DNA of 64,000 nt from Rhodanobacter sp. GTDB lineage: Bacteria > Pseudomonadota > Gammaproteobacteria > Xanthomonadales > Rhodanobacteraceae. The position numbers and the translations under genes are program-made. The notes below the pieces were generated by a model. It searched no databases and was not told where the DNA came from. It was given only the letters and a program-made list of their open reading frames with translations. The stretch is from the NCBI GenBank assembly GCA_022730295.1, contig DZCM01000001.1:1168-65167 (forward strand), written 5' to 3'. Shown here piece after piece: positions 59,831 to 64,000 of the stretch. Each line of letters opens with the position of its first letter. The first letter of the stretch is position 1.

Positions 59831-60781
59831 TCAGGTGAAGCGATCGGCGAAGCCGTCAGTCGCCGCGATGAGTTTGTCGACGATGGCCGGTTCGGATGCC
59901 GCGTGTCCGGCGACGACCACGTGGTAGCCGGCTTCCGGCCACGCTGCGTGCAGCTCAAACGCGCTCTGGGCCGGACAGATGATGTCGTAACGGCCCTGCA
60001 CGATCACCGCCGGGAGGTGGCGGATCTTGCCGATGTCGCGCAACAGCTGGCCGGGTTCCAGAAAGCAGTCGTGGCGAAAGTAATGCGCTTCCAGCCGCGC
60101 GAGGCTCACCGCAACTTCCGGCGAACTGAATTCGGCTTCGGTCTCGGGCGATTCTTCCAACGTGAGCGCGCTGCCTTCCCATGCACCCCATGCACGCGCG
60201 GCTTCAACCCGCACGACTTCATCATCCGAGGTCAGCCGCTGCCAGTACGCGTCCACGATGTTGCCGCGCTCCGCCGGCGGGATGGCGGCTACGAAGCGTA
60301 GCCAGTTCTCGGGCCGGATCCGGCCTGCACCGCCTTCCTCGTACAGCCACATGGTTTCCCATCGGCGCGCAAGGTAGATGCCGCGCAACACCAGACCAAG
60401 CACACATTCAGGGTGCGTTTGCGCATAGGCGAGCGCCAGTGTCGATCCCCATGACCCGCCGAACACCAGCCAGCGCTCGATGCCGAGGTGTGCGCGAATT
60501 TTTTCAATGTCGGCGATGAGATCTTGCGTGGTGTTGTCGACGAGATCGGCGAAGGGCGTCGACTTGCCGGCGCCACGCTGGTCGAACAGCACGATCCGCC
60601 AACGCGCCGGGTCGAAGAACCGGCGGTGATACAGCGACAATCCCGCACCGGGACCGCCGTGCAGGAACACTACCGGCAAACCATCCGGGTTGCCGCATTC
60701 CTCGACGTACAAGGTGTGGCGATCGCTGACCGGAAACATCCCGCTGCGATACGGTTCGATTTCGGGGTACAGCTCGCGCAT
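59831..60781 (-). CDS. pip: Prolyl aminopeptidase (proline iminopeptidase)
   Basis: 316 aa. VVFLHGGPGAG and GGSWGSTLALAY nucleophile motifs. Confidence 0.9.
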   Translation of the reverse strand: MRELYPEIEPYRSGMFPVSDRHTLYVEECGNPDGLPVVFLHGGPGAGLSLYHRRFFDPARWRIVLFDQRGAGKSTPFADLVDNTTQDLIADIEKIRAHLGIERWLVFGGSWGSTLALAYAQTHPECVLGLVLRGIYLARRWETMWLYEEGGAGRIRPENWLRFVAAIPPAERGNIVDAYWQRLTSDDEVVRVEAARAWGAWEGSALTLEESPETEAEFSSPEVAVSLARLEAHYFRHDCFLEPGQLLRDIGKIRHLPAVIVQGRYDIICPAQSAFELHAAWPEAGYHVVVAGHAASEPAIVDKLIAATDGFADRFT

Positions 60782-60793
60782 GTCACCGGCTCC

Positions 60794-61447
60794 TTATCCG
60801 GGTTTGGTTGCTGCGCGCAGGTTGCGGGCTTGCCAACGCCCAAGGCCGACCAGAACGAACGCCACGATCACGAACGCTGCCAGCAGGCCGCAGGCATTCA
60901 CCGCCACGCGTGGGTAACCGAGGGTGGTGACGTCGACGAACGGATACGGGTACCAGCCGTCAACCGCGCCGCGCACGACCGCATACACGGCATATGCGAC
61001 CGGATACGGCAGGCACATCAACACGTGGCGAAAGCGCAGCGTGGCCTTGGGCACCGCGAACCACCAGTGCAGCACGAACAACAACGGCATCACCGTGTGC
61101 AGCAACTGATCTGCCAGCCATTGCCAGCCTTGCGGTTGCCACAGGTTGCGCAACAGCAGGTGATAGACGACGGCCACGATCATGATGGCAACGGCCACGG
61201 CCGTTTGCGCATCCACCCGGCGCAGGAACTTCGTCACGGCGCCATGCGCGCCGAGCGCCCACGCGACCAGCGCCAGCACCACCAGCAGGTTGCTGAGGAT
61301 GGTGAAGTAGCCGACGTAGCGCCACAGCGCCTGAGTGGAAGTCAGGCCGGGCGCGGGCGCAGCGCGCAGGCTGAGCCATAGTTGCAGCAGCAACCCAAAC
61401 GCCCCGAGCGCGGCGCAGGCGGCGGCGAACAGCCGTTGCTTCGGCAT
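60794..61447 (-). CDS. Pr6Pr-family (FAR-17a/AIG1-like) membrane protein
   Basis: 217-aa, six-TM-like ORF with YFTILSNLLV. The family name is from memory. Confidence 0.55.
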   Translation of the reverse strand: MPKQRLFAAACAALGAFGLLLQLWLSLRAAPAPGLTSTQALWRYVGYFTILSNLLVVLALVAWALGAHGAVTKFLRRVDAQTAVAVAIMIVAVVYHLLLRNLWQPQGWQWLADQLLHTVMPLLFVLHWWFAVPKATLRFRHVLMCLPYPVAYAVYAVVRGAVDGWYPYPFVDVTTLGYPRVAVNACGLLAAFVIVAFVLVGLGRWQARNLRAATKPG

Positions 61448-61451
61448 GCGA

Positions 61452-62213
61452 TCAGACCTTGTAGCCGCGATGGATCGCGACGATGCCAGCGGAGAGATTG
61501 CGCACCGCGACGTTGCGGAAACCCGCCGCTTCCAGCATGGCCTTCAGCGTGGCCTGGTCGGGGTGTTTGCGGATCGACTCGGCGAGGTAGCGGTAGCTGG
61601 TTTCATCGTGCGCGACCAGCTTGCCGACGCGCGGCAGCACCTGGAATGAATGAAAATCGTACAGCGGCTTCAGCCACTCCTGGTTGACGCGCGAAAACTC
61701 GAGGATCAGCGCGCGTCCGCCGGGCTTCAACACCCGCTGCATTTCGCGCAGCGCCTGCTCCTTGTCGGTGACGTTACGCAGGCCGAAGGCGATGGTGACT
61801 GCGTCGAATGACGCCTCCGGGAACGGCAAGGCTTCGGCGTTCACCTGCGCCCAACGCAAGCCTTGCAGCAAGCCGCGGTCGAGCAGGCGATCACGCCCCG
61901 CTTGCAGCATCGCCGCGTTGATGTCAGCGATCACCACTTCGCCGGTCGCTCCCACGCGCGGCAGCAGCAACGCCGCGATGTCGCCGGTGCCACCGGCAAG
62001 GTCGAGCACACGGTCTCCTTTGCGGATGCCGGACGTGGCCACGAAATGGCGCTTCCACAATCGATGCACGCCGAACGACATGAGGTCGTTCATCACATCG
62101 TACTTGCCGGCGACCGACGAGAACACTTCGCCGACCAGTTTCTGCTTGTCAGCGACGGGGACTTCGCGGTAACCGAAGTGGGTGGTGGTGCCGGGAATGG
62201 GTGATTCACTCAT
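61452..62213 (-). CDS. ubiE: Ubiquinone/menaquinone biosynthesis C-methyltransferase UbiE
   Basis: ATG 62213. HFGYREVP...[19 protein letters not shown] and LDLAGGTGD. Confidence 0.95.
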   Translation of the reverse strand: MSESPIPGTTTHFGYREVPVADKQKLVGEVFSSVAGKYDVMNDLMSFGVHRLWKRHFVATSGIRKGDRVLDLAGGTGDIAALLLPRVGATGEVVIADINAAMLQAGRDRLLDRGLLQGLRWAQVNAEALPFPEASFDAVTIAFGLRNVTDKEQALREMQRVLKPGGRALILEFSRVNQEWLKPLYDFHSFQVLPRVGKLVAHDETSYRYLAESIRKHPDQATLKAMLEAAGFRNVAVRNLSAGIVAIHRGYKV

Positions 62214-62293
62214 GTGGGCATGGTAGCGCAGGAGAGCTTCCGGGCAGGCGCGAACGCCGCAGGCGTGGGAGGATGGGCTTGTGAACGGCAAAA

Positions 62294-62378
62294 GCCATCC
62301 CCCTTCGCAGGCGCAGGGGGATGGCCAGATCACCCCCTTCGGAACGAAGGGGGTCGCGCCGCAGGCGCGGGGGGATGC
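62294..62378. repeat. GC-rich composite palindromic element, family B, copy 2
   Basis: gccatccccct...agggggatggc and acccccttcg-gaa-cgaagggggt hairpins, followed by gcggggggatgc. Lies directly after the M16 peptidase stop and upstream of ubiE. Confidence 0.75.
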
Positions 62379-62381
62379 CGT

Positions 62382-64000
62382 TTACTGCACCGGGTTGCCG
62401 TCGGCATCGATCACGTGCACCTCGCCGAGTTTCAAGGTGCGCACCGGTTGCTCGATCTTCGCAAGGTCACCCACGATCACCCAGGTCAAGTGATCCGGAT
62501 GGATCACTTCCTTCGCGGCAGCGTTGATGCCGGCGTCCTTCTGTGCCTCGATCCGGCCCTTCAACGTCTGCACGTAGTCGTCGGGACGAGCGTATTTGAC
62601 GATGCCCTCGACCGCGCCCAGCACGGCTCGCGCGGTTTCATATTGACCCGGCATCTTGCGGATGTCGTTGTCCTTGATCTTGGCGATCTCCTGGCCGGTG
62701 ATCGGCTTGTCGCCGATCACGGCGCGGGCTTCCTTCAGCATCTCCGCGGCTGACGGCGCGGTCTTGTCGGTCTGTACCGGCGCATACATCAGGAACGGCC
62801 GCTGGCCGATCGCGCCGGGACTGAAACTGAAGGCACCGTAGGCCCAATGCTTGTCCTCGCGCAGGTTCATGTTGAGACGCGAGGTAAAGGTGCCGCCGAA
62901 CGCGCCGTTCATGCTGCCGATCTCGAGATTGTTCGGCGCCTTGGTCGAGGGTGAAACCAGACCCGCGATGATCACCGATTGCTGCGCGCCCGGACGATTG
63001 ATCAGGTACACGCGCGACTTGGCCGGGTAATCCACCTTGGCGAGGTTCTTGGCCGGGATCGGTGTCGCTGGTGCTTGCCAATCACCGAACACCTGTTCCA
63101 GCTGCGGGATGATCGCCGCCAGCGTGGTGTCGCCCGCGATGAGGATCTTCATGTTGTCGGGGCGGATGTAGTCGTGCGCGAATGCGTGCATGTCATCCGT
63201 CGTCACGGACTTGATCGACGCCTCGGTGCCCGAACCCGTGAACGGAATGGCGTAGGCATTGCCCTTGCCATACAGGATCGGCGGCAGCAGACGCAATGCG
63301 ACCGCCGTCGGCTGTGTCTTTTCCTGCGCGATGCCGGCCAGCCATTGCCCGCGCAAGCGTGAGACGTCAGCGTCGCGGAACGCGGGGTTGCGCACGATGC
63401 CGGCGTACAACGCCAGCGAGTCGGCGAGTTTCGAATCGAGCGCACGCATCGATGCGTTGCAGGTGTCGAGGTCGCATCCGGTCGCAATCTCGGCACCGAG
63501 CCGCTGCTTGCGCTTGGCGATCTCGACCGAATCGAGATCCTTGGTGCCTTCATCCAGCATCGCCATGGTGAAACTGGAGGTGCCGAGCTTCTTGCCTGCG
63601 TCGGCCGCGTAGCCCGCGTTGAACAGCGCCTCGACATGCACCGCCGGGATCGAATGGCGCTCGGCGAGCACCACTTCAATGCCGTTCTTGAGCTTGCCGT
63701 GCTGCAGTTTCGGGAAGGCAAGGTCCGGGAACGCGCTGACTGCCGGTACACCCTTGCTGCGATCCACATCGCTCTGCGTGACCTCGTAGTCACCAGTGGG
63801 CGACAGCTTGTCGGCAGGACGACCCGGAATCGCGGCACGGCCGGCAATGTCCGCAGCGTCCTTCGCCTCAACCTTGCCCGGTACCACGGTGAGCGTGTAA
63901 TCGCCCTTGGACAACCACTGGTCCGCGGCCGCCTTCACCGCGGCAGGCGTCGCGGCCATGGTGACGCCGTAATCCTTCTTCCATGCGCCGGGATCATCGC
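62382..64000 (-). CDS. M16 (pitrilysin/insulinase) family peptidase, C-terminal part; the gene continues beyond the window
   Basis: Typical non-catalytic M16 C-terminal repeat regions. The frame stays open upstream of the track Met at 63959 as far as the window edge. Confidence 0.7.
   Translation of the reverse strand, partial: DDPGAWKKDYGVTMAATPAAVKAAADQWLSKGDYTLTVVPGKVEAKDAADIAGRAAIPGRPADKLSPTGDYEVTQSDVDRSKGVPAVSAFPDLAFPKLQHGKLKNGIEVVLAERHSIPAVHVEALFNAGYAADAGKKLGTSSFTMAMLDEGTKDLDSVEIAKRKQRLGAEIATGCDLDTCNASMRALDSKLADSLALYAGIVRNPAFRDADVSRLRGQWLAGIAQEKTQPTAVALRLLPPILYGKGNAYAIPFTGSGTEASIKSVTTDDMHAFAHDYIRPDNMKILIAGDTTLAAIIPQLEQVFGDWQAPATPIPAKNLAKVDYPAKSRVYLINRPGAQQSVIIAGLVSPSTKAPNNLEIGSMNGAFGGTFTSRLNMNLREDKHWAYGAFSFSPGAIGQRPFLMYAPVQTDKTAPSAAEMLKEARAVIGDKPITGQEIAKIKDNDIRKMPGQYETARAVLGAVEGIVKYARPDDYVQTLKGRIEAQKDAGINAAAKEVIHPDHLTWVIVGDLAKIEQPVRTLKLGEVHVIDADGNPVQ

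Overview
This window looks like 64 kb of chromosomal core from a high-GC gammaproteobacterium. Gene order suggests Xanthomonadales/Lysobacterales (pcm-tolC-waaA, radC-coaBC-dut-algC, glnA...ntrBC, argS-SPOR), but that taxonomic call is inference only. I call about 58 protein genes, densely packed, several translationally coupled through ATGA, TGATG or GTGA overlaps. Most are housekeeping: hrpB, thiC with a TPP riboswitch, tolC, waaA, erpA, rppH, bfd-bfr, glnA, ntrBC, speE/speA, argS, dut, algC, ttcA, rdgC and ubiE. I found no rRNA, tRNA, CRISPR array, transposase, integrase or prophage genes by eye. Many first-in-frame ORF-track starts are GC-rich 5' over-extensions, so I moved those starts to internal ATG/GTG codons that fit family N-termini, signal peptides or coupling with the upstream stop. 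The observations most worth a second look are these: (1) a two-gene cassette, a DUF2075/Schlafen-type nuclease-helicase plus AlkB, sitting between glnA and ntrBC; (2) arrays of AT(C/T)CG(T/C)G heptamers spaced exactly 10 bp apart in two convergent intergenic regions; (3) two GC-rich palindromic repeat families, one copy lying in frame inside hrpB and another supplying the C-terminus and stop codon of an M28 peptidase; (4) coaBC split into two overlapping frames; (5) a phosphomannomutase with a roughly 360-aa two-TM N-terminal extension coupled to dut; (6) a hybrid kinase coupled to a response regulator whose GGDEF and EAL domains both look catalytically dead; (7) DnaA-box-like 9-mers in the only strongly AT-rich spacer. 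None of these is proven to be a new system. Motif coordinates were counted by hand and may be off by 1-2 nt.
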